Assembly (NCBI GenBank): GCA_951406725.2
Contig: OX597842.1
Span: forward strand, 29,574,001 to 29,638,000
Origin: Octopus vulgaris
Taxonomy: Eukaryota
Length of the DNA stretch: 64,000 nucleotides
Direction: 5' to 3'
A program made the translations under genes and the position numbers. The notes below the pieces were generated by a model. That model saw only the letters and a program-made list of their open reading frames with translations. It was not told the DNA's origin and made no database searches. Positions 43,714 to 57,959 of the stretch are shown here, one piece after another (the stretch's first letter is position 1; each line of letters starts with the position of its first letter).

Positions 43714-46700
43714 ATAGTGGTTTCTTTATTTGCCTCCAGATCGAAGGATGAGGGAGACAATATAAAAACAAACATAAAGTGTTGGGGTTTGCATATAATG
43801 GGATAATAAAATAAAAAAGTATACTCGGTATACATTAGAAGGAGGAAAATATACATAGTATATGACACTAAAAAAAAGAGGGAAAAAGAGTCGTGACGAG
43901 ATCGCCCTGATTCAGGAGGGCCTCTAGGGATAATCAGAGAACCCCCACCACCCAAGGTCACCCTGAGTAATAAGGACGAGACCCCACTCCAACTGCCTTT
44001 TTCCGACTCACGGGTCTATATTGAGAGGAGTACCATCCATCTTGCCATTATCGCAACTTTCACCCAACTTTTCATAAATTCACCCGAGAACAATACCTCC
44101 CTCTCCACCCTCACTTCCTTTCCAAGTGAAACTAGAAAATGTCGATGAGGGCTTTACCAAAGAGGAAAGTTTGTGTCCTCATTCCTTTCAACCTCGTCCT
44201 CCATATAACCTCTGATGCCACAGCCACCAAACAAAGGAAAACTGCCTTGCCAGGCCGATTAAAGGACGCGTTCCAATGGTCAAGCGGTCGATCTTCTGCC
44301 AACTTCCTTTGCGTGGCGGCTTAGGAATACCATAGATTTTAATGCGCAGCCAAACACTCAGGTTGCGCCACCTGCATCGATTTCTAGACGGTGAACGTGT
44401 GTGGGCTCCGTTTGTGAGACACGGCGGGGATTCATCATTATGGACTCGGACGACAGACGGATCTGACCTACACGCGACATAACTCCGCAAGTCAGCAATG
44501 TCCGGACACTGAAAGTCTGACAGCGCATCTGTGCCTGTACAGTTTATCTTGAACTGGTAGCGCCCCCCCGGTAGGCCAAAGACATCTGGAAATTATTCAT
44601 AACAGTCCCCGACCGGACAGGCCTCCAGAATAGATTTGCCAGTGAGTCTTCGTCGACACCTGGGGCCACCCCGAGGAGGACGTCGTCGCATTTCCCCGCT
44701 ACCAATCCTCTATAAATATTTAAAGTGGAACATCCACCGATCTTGTTGCCCGACTTGTTGAGGACAGTGAGCGCCTGACGATATTCTAAGTGCCAGGCAC
44801 CCAGCCTCGGCCTATCCTTTACCCAGGACTGCAGCACTGTCAAGGAGACGAGCTGCGGAAAGGCGTGTCTCACAAACGGAGCCCACACACGTTCACCGTC
44901 TGGAAATCGCTGCAGGTGATGCAACCTGAGTGCGTGGCTGCGCATTAAAATCTATGGTATGCCTAAGCCGCCACGCAAGGGAAGTTGGCAGAAGACCGAC
45001 CGCTTGACCATTGGAACGCGTCCGTTCCACAAGAAAATAAACAGATACGCTCCAATCTAATCAAGCAGTAACTGGGGAAAGGTACAACGGTCAGACGGTA
45101 AATAATGACAGAGGCGACGTAGGCATTCGTTAACTCTGCCTGACCTCTCAGGGACAACTTCCACTCTGTCCATTTCTGTGTAAGAGAGGTCACCCTGTTT
45201 GTTACCTCTTCCCAATTCTTATCCATCTGGGAGCCGGGGCAAAACAACACCCCGAGCAGTTTCACTGGTCCGTCAGTCCAGCGCCCGACGGCATCGATCT
45301 ATCTCTCCAGGTGCCCAATCGTAATCCCACCGACTTGTCGGCATTGATTTCAGCCCTGCAATCACTCATATTCCTTCACAATGGAGCCGACCGTCTCCAC
45401 TTCGGAGGTGTCCGACACCATGACGGTGATGTCTTCCGTTTATGCAGACACTGCCCTCCCGAGCCCAATTTGGAAAGGAAAGCCTCTTAGCTGTTCCAAC
45501 TTCCGCAACAGTGACAGCCAGCACATACAGAGGAGGTGGCAGCGGGCCGCCCTAACGGACCTAACATACGGTTCCGATAAGTGGCCATTTACTTTGACCA
45601 CCGAGCAGGTACCGTTGTGAATTGCAGCAATCCAACCTCTGAAAACGGGTCCGAAACCGGCCGCTTTAAGGATGGCTTCCAAGTAGCGAAGGCTGCCAAA
45701 CAAATCTAGCATGAAAACAGAATTCGTAGAACAACCATCCAAATTTCAGAGGGTTTTCGCACAATATCAGCGCCCGTCACCGAGAGCCGTGATAGGCCGT
45801 CTAGGTACGAAGTAAATTTCACTGTCGTCGTCGGCCCATCATCCTCCCCAAACAGCCACGCAAAGTGCTGCTGAAAAGCCGCACATATCTGCTCAGAACC
45901 GAGTAGCACGCGTCCGTCCCGATCTGTGAAAGACTTGATCGTGTTTTTTGTTCCACGTCACGTCTCTACCGTTCGGGTTCATCGGACGGCTTTAGTTCCT
46001 TCGTGTTTTAGCGCAGGGGCCTTAGCTCTGGCGACGCACCCTCTGTATTTCGCCTTAAAGAAATGGTGAAGGGCCATTCTCGCCGCTAACACGTCGGTCG
46101 CAATGCCTTTACTAGTAACCTCTTCTAATTTGCTAACTTGATTTCCCTCTCATCTATTTCTTTTTTTTTTGGCTAAATCTTTGCTAAACGCTATCGATTC
46201 TACTCTAATCGCCCTCTTCAGAGCGATCCACCACCGGCTGTAGACATTTGCCCCCGTCAACTGCCGCTTAATTAGTTCGCTAATCCGATCCCTGTAGTCT
46301 TTACGAGCCGGTAAGGATGCATTCTACTTCCAGTAACCAGGTCCCTGTATACGGGTCCTATCTAAGTCAACTGCGCATATCACAAATTTGTGATCTGTGT
46401 AGCTGACCAATTTAAATTGTGGACAACCTATGCTATCCCTTCCTCTGACCTAACAAATACTCTATCTAAATACGATCTCGATGACCTTTATGTCCACACT
46501 GGCACATCAGGGAAATCCAGTCGGTATATGCCAGAATGTTGGTAAGTGCTGAGTAGGTTTTCGAGGCTTTTATATCCCCTTCTACTATGTACTAATGCCA
46601 CACAGTCCTTCCGTGCATCCAAAATACTATTCCAGTCCCTCACTAGTACTAAAGTGCGCGACGTTCCCAAGAATGTTTCCAGACGTCTGAAGAAATCTGG

Positions 46701-47460
46701 CCTTCCAGCTCCTGTTGGGCATAAATCGCCACTAGTCTAAAGGCACCACCTTCACTACCTTTCATGTCCAGGACCTCCAACCTACCATCCGGATCCAGGA
46801 AAATTTCCAGAGTAGTACTCTCGATAGACCAGAAGATGAGAATACCTCGTAGTCTTCGAAAATAGATGCTAGAGCGTGTTTCCGAAGATCCTTATTTTAC
46901 TAATGGCAGTCACATCAAATCAAGTGACCTGAGATCATTAAGCAAGTGACCTTGCTTCCAAGCCGATCCCATGCCACGCACATCCATACCCCCCATTCTC
47001 AGCACAGCCATGCTAGTAGGAGAAAGAAAGTGAGGAGGTTACTCACCTTGGTTTTCGAGGGGCTTTGATGGATAAAGTTCGTGCTGGAGTCTCGTGCACT
47101 TGTTTATGATTTAGCACTTGTGGTACTTGTAATGTTGGCTGTAGTGATACTTCATTTTTCTTTGTTTTAGGGCAGGAAACCTTTAAGCATTTTACAGATC
47201 CGCATTCATGGCGTCTTGGCTTCGACCCTCCAGGAACAGTGACAGGTGAGTACTATCCGGGAGATCGATTAGATCAGGTAACTGGTCGATATGGTCCTGC
47301 TTGCATTGCAAGATCAGTTCCACACCTATACCTAACTAGTTTTGCTTAGGTAGTTTCTTGACCTCCAGTATTGTGACTTCGTCTCCTTCTGAACCCGCCA
47401 AGACGGTCGCCACTCACCAGGAAATGGATATTTCTGGCGGCACATTCAGTATCTGAATCT
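43714..47460 (-). mobile_element. Decayed Tx1/L1-clade LINE (APE plus RT)
   Basis: LVLV.DWNSILD, GFGPVFRGWI, VSAYTED, KLLGV, KLSLRG; 3' end AATAAAGAAAC followed by a microsatellite. Confidence 0.8.
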
Positions 47461-47919
47461 AGGGGATTAATAAAAAGTTGTGATTCTTCAAAGTGGTTGC
47501 GCAATTACATTTAGCTTCTTCTTCTTCCGTCCCAAATCTCGCCTCAATGGTTCCAAGCTTCTTTCCTCGGCTGATGTGGGTCTTTTGTTCCCACACACGC
47601 CCAAAACATTTTTCCTACCCGCCCAGACTTAACTCCGATGCAACAGTATGTGACCATACGTCTTGCGATATTTTCTATCACGTTGGATGGAGGGTTTAGA
47701 GCTACCCTTCTTACATCTTTTTTTAACAAATTTTCTAGCAAATTTGAATTCTTCTTCATCTGTGGAAGCACTCCATAATTTTTGTCGCTGACGCAAAAGA
47801 AACAGGGGTGATAAACTTAGATAAACTTAGATATGTTTCGACCAAAGATTGGTCCAGGCCATGTCTAACTTAATAGCACCACCTGATAGGATTATTCGAA
47901 TCCTGTTTAAGTCAAGTTT

Positions 47920-48160
47920 TGTTTAAGTCAAGTTTTGTTCAAGTAGTGAGTTCTTGTTGGGTGAGTTGTATCCAATTATGGGTGGCTTATCTGGTATTCT
48001 CTGAAGGAATCTAGCCAGACTCTGTTTAAAGTTGATGGGATCCTTTTCCTCTTTGATCTCCCTCGGGACAATGTTAAATAGGGCAGGGCCTGTTGAGGAA
48101 AAGAAATTATGTTGCAGTGTACATGTATGTTGTGATCTTGAATTGGGCAGGGGACGTATG
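47920..48160 (-). mobile_element. CR1-group LINE 3' fragment
   Basis: GPALFNIVP..IK......FKQSLARFLQRIPDKP, similar to ORF 5719-6015. Confidence 0.7.
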
Positions 48161-48471
48161 GCCTGCATTTTTATGTTTTATTTCTTTCGTATTTTTGTTG
48201 CTGCTGTTGTTGTTGTTGTTGTTACTACTGCTGCTGCCGCTGCTGCTGCTGTTACTGTTGTTCTCTTCGTCGACACCCACACCCTAAATGTTGACGTTGC
48301 TTAAATGCGAAACATTTTTCGCCCCGGTAACGTCGTTAAATTTAGGCCATTCCATGTTGATATTCTCATTTACTTCCATGGTCTCAATATTTTTCATGTA
48401 GCGAATTCCTTTATCGAACATTATGATGACTTCTTTATCAGCCATATTTAAAAATTGCAGAAAATTGTGAC

Positions 48472-48830
48472 GGCGCAGGAGTGGCTGTGTGGTAAGTAGC
48501 TTGCTAATCAACCACATGGTTCCGGGTTCAGTCCCACTGCGTGGCATCTTGGGCAAGTGTCTTCTGCTATAGCCCCGGGCCGACCAATGCCTTGTGAGTG
48601 GATTTGGTAGACTGAAACTGAAAGAAGCCTGTCGTATATATGTATATATATGTGTGTGTGTATGTGTTTGTGTCTGTGTTTGTCCCCCTAGCATTGCTTG
48701 ACAACCGATGCTGGTGTGTTTGCGTCCCCGTTACTTAGCGGTTCGGCAAAAGAGACCGATAGAATAAGTACTGGCGGTGCTCCAGCATGGCCGCAGTCAA
48801 ATGACTGAAACAAGTAAAAGAGTAAAAGAG
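48472..48830 (+). mobile_element. tRNA-derived SINE family A
   Basis: Near-identical to the reverse complement of 15105-15505 and 54797-55203. Confidence 0.85.
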
Positions 48831-49031
48831 TATACGTGTTTTTGCCGAAAGCAGTTAAAATTCAAAAATGCTTTATGCACACCCTATGCAAAACAGCGGG
48901 TATTTCTACACAAAAACACTCTCTGCACAATCCAGACAATTTCTGAAATAACGGAAATGAAAAGATATAAAATGAGAAGGCCGAAAAGATTACAAATACG
49001 TCTTGAACTTACTGAGCACCAACTTTCTGTG

Positions 49032-50134
49032 TGCCCTGATGCAGTACCAGGAAGTGGCTCTCATGGCTTCTGATCTTAACTGATTGGAAGTGTTATCATG
49101 TACATTGTTTTGTCTTGGTATAAAAGATGGGTTTTACAGCAAATATTCTGCTCAATACCACAGATTTGCTTGTCAGTTGTTTGACCTTAACCAGTTGAGC
49201 ATGTCCCTTAGTGGCTGACGATATGTGCATCTCTGATCACGAGCAGAAGTAGTGGGGGAGCATCATTAGCCATATGTTGAGAGGGATTCTTTGGGGTTTG
49301 AATGCCCTGATGCAGTACCAGACAGTAGCTCTCATGGCTTCTGATCTTAACTGATTGGAAGTGTTATCATGTACAATGTTTTGTCTTGGTATAAAAGATG
49401 GGTTTTACAGCAAATATTCTGCTCAATACCACAGATTTGCTTGTCAGTTGTTTGACCATAACCAGTTGAGCATGTCCCTTAGTGGCTGACGATATGTGCA
49501 TCTCTGATCACGAGCAGAAGTAGTGGGGAGCATCATAGCCATGTGTTGAAAGGAATTCTTTGGGGTTTGAATGCCCTGATGCAGTACCAGACAGTGGCTC
49601 TCATGGCTTCTGATCTTAACTGATTGGAAGTGTTATCATGTACATTGTTTTGTCTTGGTATAAAAGATGGGTTTTACAGCAAATATTCTGCTCAATACCA
49701 CAGATTTGCTTGTCAGTTGTTTGACCTTAACCAGTTGAGCATGTCCCTTAGTGGCTGACGATATGTGCATCTTTGATCACGAGTAGAAGTAGTGGGGGAG
49801 CATCATAGCCGTGTGATGAGAGGAATTCTTAGAGGTTTGGATAATTCACCTTTGGAAACATGGGTAGTTCGTTCAGCATCCTTAATCCTTATTTAGGGAC
49901 TTTTTCAGTGGGATGGGCTACTTGACCAGAAGAAAATTCTAACTGGGCCCTACCTGCAAGGTCATGTGCTGTTTATCTTGATATGAGATCACCATGTCGC
50001 GCACATATGGTTGTGATGCATGTGCCTGGTGTACCCTTATCAGACAGGTAGTCATGATGGGTATACTGGGCTTCGTATCTTTTGCTCCTGTGACACTTTG
50101 ATGGCACGCACTGCTCTTTCACTGAATGATGATG

Positions 50135-50208
<74 letters not shown>

Positions 50209-50651
50209 GCTCAATACCACAGATTTGCTTGTCAGTTGTTTGACTTTAAGCAGTTGAGCATGTCCCTTGGTGGCTGACGATATGTGCATCTTTGATCACG
50301 AGCGGAAGTAGTGGGGGAGCATCATAGCCATGTGTTGAGAGGGATTGTTTGGGGTTTGAATTGTTCACCTTTGGGAAAATGGATGATTCTTTCAACATCC
50401 TTAAACAACCCTTATTCAGGGACCTTTTGAGTGGGATGGGATACTCAACCTGAAGAAAATTCTAACTGGGCCCCACCTGCAAGGTCATGTGCTGTTTATC
50501 TTGATATGAGATCACCATGTCGCGCACATATGGTTGTGATGCATGTGCCTGGTGTACCCTTATCAGACAGGTAGTCATGATGGGTATACTGGGGTTCGTA
50601 TGTTTTACCCCAGTGTCACTTTGATGGCACACACTGCTCTTTCACTGAATG

Positions 50652-50687
<36 letters not shown>

Positions 50688-50690
50688 TAG
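49032..50690. repeat. ~270-bp tandem repeat x3, then a partial ~440-bp duplication; both blocks end in (AAT)n
   Basis: Units start TGCCCTGATGCAGTACCAG at 49032, 49303 and 49572; 50207-50647 duplicates ~49688-50125. Confidence 0.9.
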
Positions 50691-53600
50691 CCATTCTTTG
50701 ATAATTGTAGGGTCACCATACCCGCAGCACAACATCTATTGTCACCTAAAAGGTGACCCAAATCGAATGTAATGATAAAGGTATGGGTGTTGTTTTAGAC
50801 AAGCTCCCTCCTTACCTCGCATTACTGCTGTTGTTATTGTTATTGTTGTTGTAATCGACTGGTCCCCTCCCCGTAAATTTCAAGGCCTTGTGCCTTCAGT
50901 AGAAAGAATTGCTGTTGTTGTCGGTGGTGGTGGCAACGTTTAGCTCCAGATCGGCTCTTATTAGGCAGTTGTATTATGATTAAAGGCTTTCCAGCCGTGA
51001 CCATATCCCTTTGTGTATATATAGAACTGCATTCATCATCCCATGTGCTCTTCTCTTTTTCTTTCTTTTAAGACAGTAGGATTAGATAATTGAAGATTTG
51101 GCTGCTATTTCTTGCAGATCGAGTGACTTCTGTGTGTGTTGGCGCTGTTGTTGTTATTTGTCTCTAGGTCAGTCCTCGTTACTAAGGCCTGTGATGAAAA
51201 GGCGTTCTTGCCGTGACCATCAAATAATTTTATTAAAGGTTACGTTATCCTGTGTGTTCTTTATGTTCTGGGTTCAGTCCCACTGCGTGGCACCTTGGGC
51301 AAGTGCCTTCTACTATAGCCCCGGGCCGACCAAAGCCTTGTGAGTGGATTTGGTAGACGGAAACTGAAAGAAGCCCGTCGTATATATGTATATGTATGTG
51401 TTTGTGTGTTTGTGTGTGTTGTCGCTGTTGTTGTTATTTGTCTCTAGGTCAGTCCTCGTTGCTAAGGCCTGTGATGAAAAGGCGTTCTTGCCGTGACCAT
51501 CAAGTAATTTTATTAAAGGTTACGTTATCCTGTGTGTCCTTTATTTTTAAAAGCTGGTTGTGTGCATTTTGACAAAGATTTAGTTCCGATTTTTAAAGAG
51601 CCAAGCAACAAGGTAAAAGGGTCCCTTGTGTTTGTGACTTATTGGCTGTGTGGTAAGTAGCTTGCTTACCAACCACATGGTTCCGGGTTCAGTCCCACTG
51701 CGTGGCACCTTGGGCAAGTGTCTTCTACTATAGCCTCGGGACGACTAAAGCCTTGTGAGTGGATTTGATAGACAGAAACTGAAAGAAGACCTGTGTGTGT
51801 GTATGTGTACGTCTGTGTTTGTCCCATCATCGCTTGACAACCGATGCTGGTGTGTTTATGTCCCTGTAAATTAGCGTTGTAGAAAGGAGACCGATAGAAT
51901 AAGTACAGGATTTATTACAAAGAATATGTCCTGGGGTTGATTTGTTCGACTAAAGGTGGTGCTCCAGCATGGCTGCAGTCAAAATGACTGAAGCAAGTAA
52001 AACAATACACATTTTTATACTGATAAATTTTCATTTCCATATATAGCTATATGTATCTATTTTCATTCAGCAAGTTTATTAATGAGATCAAAGCTTGGCA
52101 AAAGCGTAGAGGAGATAAGGTGTCTGCCTGAATTGGGTATAGGTCTGATTGTAATTATTTTATACTTACTATTTAGTAATATGGTTACTTTACATTTTGA
52201 ATTTTGATATGACACTGAAAAATCCTAAATGTTAAATTTTACTCTTAATTCGCTTGAAGAAAACGTTTTCTTTAATTAACATAATTGTTTTGTTCATCAA
52301 TAAAGAACACGTCTGAAACAGCTGTAGTGAACCTCAGCCCATCTGTGATATGATTTATATTTATGTATATGGTGTGTTTTCATTGTCCAAATGCTTTCTC
52401 TTAACTAATTCATGAGATACTAACGTTTGTTTTCCTCTTTTTGCTGTCTGCTATAATAGCCGAGTTAACCCATTCCAACCCTTTCTATTTTTTAAAAGTA
52501 TTTTGGTAAGCTCATCCACAATAACGATAAACCCTACATTCACGAAAGAGGAAAAACTCACAACAGACCTCATTACATACAAAACACATAAACCCTTGAA
52601 AAACAAAACGGAAACCCATGTAACAGATGTGACCCCACATTACAATAAATGAAGGCTTAGAACCCCCCAAAATATCTTACAGTATTTAGTTGTATCATTT
52701 GCAGTTCTCTGTTTTGGGAATTTTATCCATCTGTGAAAGAGTGTATACGACACAGTACCAGTCATGTACTGCAACCAATTAAACCCACCATACCAACTCC
52801 CTATAGTTTATGGTCTTATATTAATATCAGAAACCACGGTTACATTTGTATTTAACTAGAATGTGTCATTTTTAAAAGAAAATTATCAAAGAAAAGGACG
52901 AGAGGAATTTTTTAAAGATGGTCTTCAATTGAAAAAATAAATTGAACGAATAAAAAAAAGGTGAAAAAATTAGAGAAATCTCTGTTGATTTTCTGGTCAG
53001 AAGAAAGAATTTATAGTAAATACTGTAGCTACTTTTCTTTTAAATTCTTCAACATCGAGAATTGGTCCAGACAGAGAAGAAATTTAAGGAAAATAATCCC
53101 TAAAAATAAGAAGGATTAAGAAAGGAAAATGAAGCCGGTGAATCATTTGAAATTTGAAGAGAGAAAAAATCAACAAGAGATGATTTATATTTCTGAACGG
53201 TTAGTATTTATATTTCCGCTTGAAGATTCCACAATTGCACAGTAGTTACCCTTACGCATATACCAGTACCTTGGTGTTAGTTTCCTTCCAGCTTCCAGCA
53301 ATAATCCCTTCACTAATCTTTGCTAATTCTCCCTGCCTATCAACCCGTAGAACCTTTTACCCACCTACACCTCTTTATTGTTTATGTTCAGATATATGTT
53401 TTCGCCACTCCTTTTCCTCCTTGCAACAGGCTTATATAATTGCCTTTATATTTTGTGTTGACACCGTCTTTAGTGTAAACGTTGTCATGTTTTATATTCT
53501 TTATAATTTAACAAAAAAAAAAGACTGCCTATATACACATATGCACACACATATATGCATTTTCTTTTACTGAAACTGAATATTTGCTTCACGACTCGAG

Positions 53601-53766
53601 TTCCGTGTTACTATGTTCTTCAGGTGAGAAACTCTAGTAACGAGACAAAGCCTCGGTTTCAGTTTGAAGGAATGGAAATTAACCCATCTCTTCTGCAACT
53701 TGTACTGAGCAATACTCTCTTATTCGTCTGATCTAAAACCAACCAACACACACACACACACACACG

Positions 53767-53823
<57 letters not shown>

Positions 53824-53915
53824 CTACATACTTTCATTAATAGCTTTGTCTACGCGTTCCATTTTTAAAATGATTTGCTTCACGTCAGTTGAATTTTGTA
53901 AATTCTTATGACATA

Positions 53916-53987
<72 letters not shown>

Positions 53988-53988
<1 letters not shown>

Positions 53989-54592
53989 AGGAAGAGTTAT
54001 TTTCATCATCCTTGTGGCTATGGCGAAAGAATGTATCTGGTGGACGCGTCTGAAAGGATTGGAGACAAACACTTTCCTCTCTGGTCAATCTCTCATCAAC
54101 TTCTTCAAGTACCACTTGAAAAGGAAAGTGAGAGTAGAGAGGCAAGTTTTGTCTAGCGAATGTTTTAAAAAAAGATGGGTGAATGTAGCAAGGATGGCAC
54201 GTATGAATGACGAAGCCACCTTGACTATGATTCTATGAACCGTAAAAATTAATACAGAGAGTTGCTTATTTGCAAAAAAAAAAAAAGAAATATAACATGT
54301 GACTTCATTGACCGAGGTTACCGTGGTCTTTTCCGTAGGCTTTTCTTTCCACGGGTAAACCTCACCTGTCCTCCCCTTTACACTTCATATTGACATTTCT
54401 GTGATAACGATCCCTATTGATCAATTTTCCCCCCCTTTTTTTTAAAATTTTATTCCCCCTTTTTTTGTCCTCTTTCTTTCCCTTTACGATCCCTTTCGAT
54501 CGAAAACCAAATCCCATTTTTTTTACCCCCATAAGAAAAGCTTTTGTAATTTGTCCTGTCTGTGTGCAGCCCTGTGTGGCTAATAAAGAAAC
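53988..54592 (+). mobile_element. 3' fragment of a related Tx1-like LINE inside (TATC)n
   Basis: ORF end ...FKYHLKRKVRVERQVL...FKKRWVNVARM, homologous to 44000-44160(-); ends AATAAAGAAAC; (TATC)n on both sides. Confidence 0.75.
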
Positions 54593-54628
54593 ATATCTAT
54601 TTATCTGTCTGTCTGTTTGCCTCTCTGC

Positions 54629-54659
<31 letters not shown>

Positions 54660-54666
54660 TCTATAT

Positions 54667-54744
<78 letters not shown>

Positions 54745-54796
54745 GTCTGTCTGTCTGTCTGTCAACCTGTCTGTCTATCTATTTATCTCTCTCTCT

Positions 54797-55203
54797 CTCT
54801 TTTACTCTTTTACTTGTTTCAGTCATTTGACTGCGGCCATGCTGGAGCACCGCCTTTAGTGGAGCAAATCGACCCCGAGACTTATTCTTTGTAAGCCCAG
54901 TACTTATTCTATCGGTCTCTTTTGCTGAACCGCTAAGTTACGGGGACGTAAACACACCAGCATCGGTTGTCAAGCAATGCTAGGGGGACAAACACAGATA
55001 CAAAAACATATACACACACACATATATATATACATATATACGACAGGCTTCTTTCAGTTTCCGTCTACTAAATCCACTCACAAGGCATTGGTTGGCCCGG
55101 GGCTATAGCAGAAGACACTTGCCCAAGATGCCACGCAGTGGGACTGAACTCGGAACCATGTGGTTGGTTAGCAAGCTACTTACCACACAGCCACTCCTGC
55201 GCC
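54797..55203 (-). mobile_element. tRNA-derived SINE family A
   Basis: Full-length copy of the same family. Confidence 0.85.
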
Positions 55204-55312
55204 TATTTATTTATACATACATGCATGCATGCATACATACATACATACATACATACATACATACATACATACATACATACATACATACATACATACATAC
55301 ATACATACATAG

Positions 55313-56436
55313 TGTTACGGTTGGCTAAGTGCAGTTCCCGGTGAGACCCACATTTGGAATTATGGTTCCGGCATGTCTGGGAGTGAAAAGTGACAGCCCT
55401 TTGTTTACGGAAGACTAATGGGTTTTGGAAGGACCTGTGACCTTGTGCGGGTGAATTAGGGGTCGTTCTAGACACCCCGAGGAAGACAGATTAAGGAAAT
55501 CTGAGAGCAGATAGAGAGGGTGATAGGCAGCAGGCGATAGAGACAGATTAAGGGATCTGAGAGCTGTCGTGAGAGAGATAGAGTATAAGGCTAAGGGACA
55601 GATAGAGAGGGTGATAGGCAGCAGGCGATAGCGATAGAGTAAGGAATCAGAGAGCAGATAGAAAGGGTATGAGCGGTACAGAGGGAGATTGGAGGGAGTG
55701 GAAGTCAGGACAAGGAAGTGAGGTTTTGGGCAGTCGGTGATCGGTCGTCAGAGAACACAGACGGATCTTGGAAGTTAGGGCAAGCGTTGGAATTTTAGGA
55801 GCAAGCGTTGGGATGCGAGAGAACTTGGCGGCACAGAAGGGAATATGTACAGAGGAATTAGCAGTATTCAGAGATGAGTGCAGAATGGGACACTGGCGAT
55901 TCAATTAGGAATTGAGGTATTTAATTGTATTGATACGTGTCACGGTGTATTGAACAGTGAAAAGAACAGTCAAGGACTTGTCGATATGTCGATTATCGAG
56001 TTGTGGTATTTATGTTCAGAATTGTGTTGATGTGACGTTATCTGTGATGTTTAGAAAAAGACTTTAATAGAACTGTTGTCTTCGGACGTGAACTTTGAAT
56101 TGTACTCTTGAATTGCTGTTGTTAAATGCTTGATCTGTGGTATACCCGTATGATGTATTGATTTGTTGTTTGTCTTAAATGTATTTGATGTTGTAACCAT
56201 TGATTGTCATATAAACTAGTTGTTGAATATAAGCCAGTGTTGCCAGTTGTTGCCTTGCCTCTTTTGGTGTCTCTCTCGGTTGTGCCTCTGTATCTCTCTG
56301 TGCTGCTGCGGTTGTTGTTGCAGTGTCTCTCCTCTCCTCTCTCTCCGAGTTTCCGTAGCTTATTCGCTGATCGAATCGGGCCTGTGTGTGAGGATTTCCG
56401 TAACAGTTTTCGGATGCTCCCCACTCGTTCGTAACA
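55313..56436. mobile_element. Probable solo LTR
   Basis: TGTTACG...CGTAACA termini, inserted into (CATA)n, flanks ATAG/ATAC; no coding signal. Confidence 0.6.
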
Positions 56437-57147
56437 ATACATACATATACAAACGTACAGCAGCATGCACAGAAACGACCGAATACATTTACATAGATAC
56501 AAAAACACATGTACATACACGGTCACGTGCTCTAAATCACATGCATAATAGAAACAAGACAATATGTATGCGCTTATGGTTTGAATAATTTGAATGATTT
56601 GAATGTAATGCAGATGATATAACTGACAAGTTGTTCTAATAACTTTGAATAAAAAGAAATATGCACGGCGTGCGACTGTACTTTTGTAGTTAGATGCGTG
56701 TGTAAAAGCTATGCTTAAAATATTTCTCAGCCCTGTGTGAAACGTAAGATAGTTAGATAGTAGAGAGAGGTGTGAGATGTCTTATGAACGTGGGACGAAA
56801 AGCATAACCTCCGCCTGGAAATATGATTTTTACCGAGATATTAAATCAAGGCCTTTCTTTTTAACAAACATTTTTGAAGGTTCCTTTTATCTTTAATCAC
56901 GAAAACAGTTTCTTTAATACCTGTCAACTCCCATTAAAACTATCGATAGGCCAGTTGGTTATGTTCAGGTGTGCATTGTAGCCAGCTTTGATCAGAATGA
57001 TCAAATATAGTAATGTTAACCGCAAGCGAATTATACTTTTATCAAAGCTGCTCTCAGTTCAAATCCGGAGAATGATCTGCCATAAGAATTTCCTCGCAAC
57101 GTGTTTGTTTTATGGCAACGAATGAAACCAAGAAACGTATGTGTATA

Positions 57148-57227
<80 letters not shown>

Positions 57228-57285
57228 AGGTGGGGTGGGGTGTATGTCTGTCCACGTTTCCGATGTATGCAACAAAATCATGTAA

Positions 57286-57710
57286 GGCAATCTTTCGTCT
57301 CTAGTAGACCTTTCCGTCGATTTCCGTAAAAAATTTATTTTTTTTACATATGGGCTTGCGGGAACTTTTGAAGTAATGAGAGCGAAAGAGACTAAGAGAA
57401 AGCGATTGTATGACGAGGGAAGTTCTTTTGAAGTTACCGTGCATGGAAAGCATTGATGTACATGTTGTGTGTGTGTGTTTGATGGGGTGTGGGAGACAGA
57501 CAGTATGTTGTGTAAGTGAAGTGCTTCTGTTAGTGTGTGTGAAGAGACAGAGAGAGTAATGTGTGAAAGAAAGAGATAACTGAAAGTTTTTACTCGGTGT
57601 ATGTGTATATGTATGTATATTACTTCAAAGGTTCCCGCAAGCCCATATGTAAAAAAAGAAATTTTTTTACGGAAATCGACGGAAAGGTCTACTAGAGACG
57701 AAAGATCGCC
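57286..57710. mobile_element. MITE with ~90-bp TIRs (PIF/Harbinger-like); related partial copy at 63388-63620
   Basis: GGCAATCTTTCGTCTCTAGTAGACC...GGTCTACTAGAGACGAAAGATCGCC; flanks TAA/TCA. Confidence 0.8.
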
Positions 57711-57883
57711 TCATGGAACAATAATCATAAATTTAAGTTTGACTCAACGAAACACGACAAAATAACATGAAATTGTTTAATTCAATTCATAAATAGTTGA
57801 AAATTTTAGAAAAGGTTTAGTGGCTATAAATATATGTGTATACATAAATATACATATATATATATAAATATACACACACATAC

Positions 57884-57932
<49 letters not shown>

Positions 57933-57959
57933 TCAGTAAGTAATGGATATTTCAATACC

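Noticed and set aside
48472-48545. tRNA genes at SINE heads
   Set aside because: A/B-box-like motifs only, no clean cloverleaf, and always attached to SINE bodies
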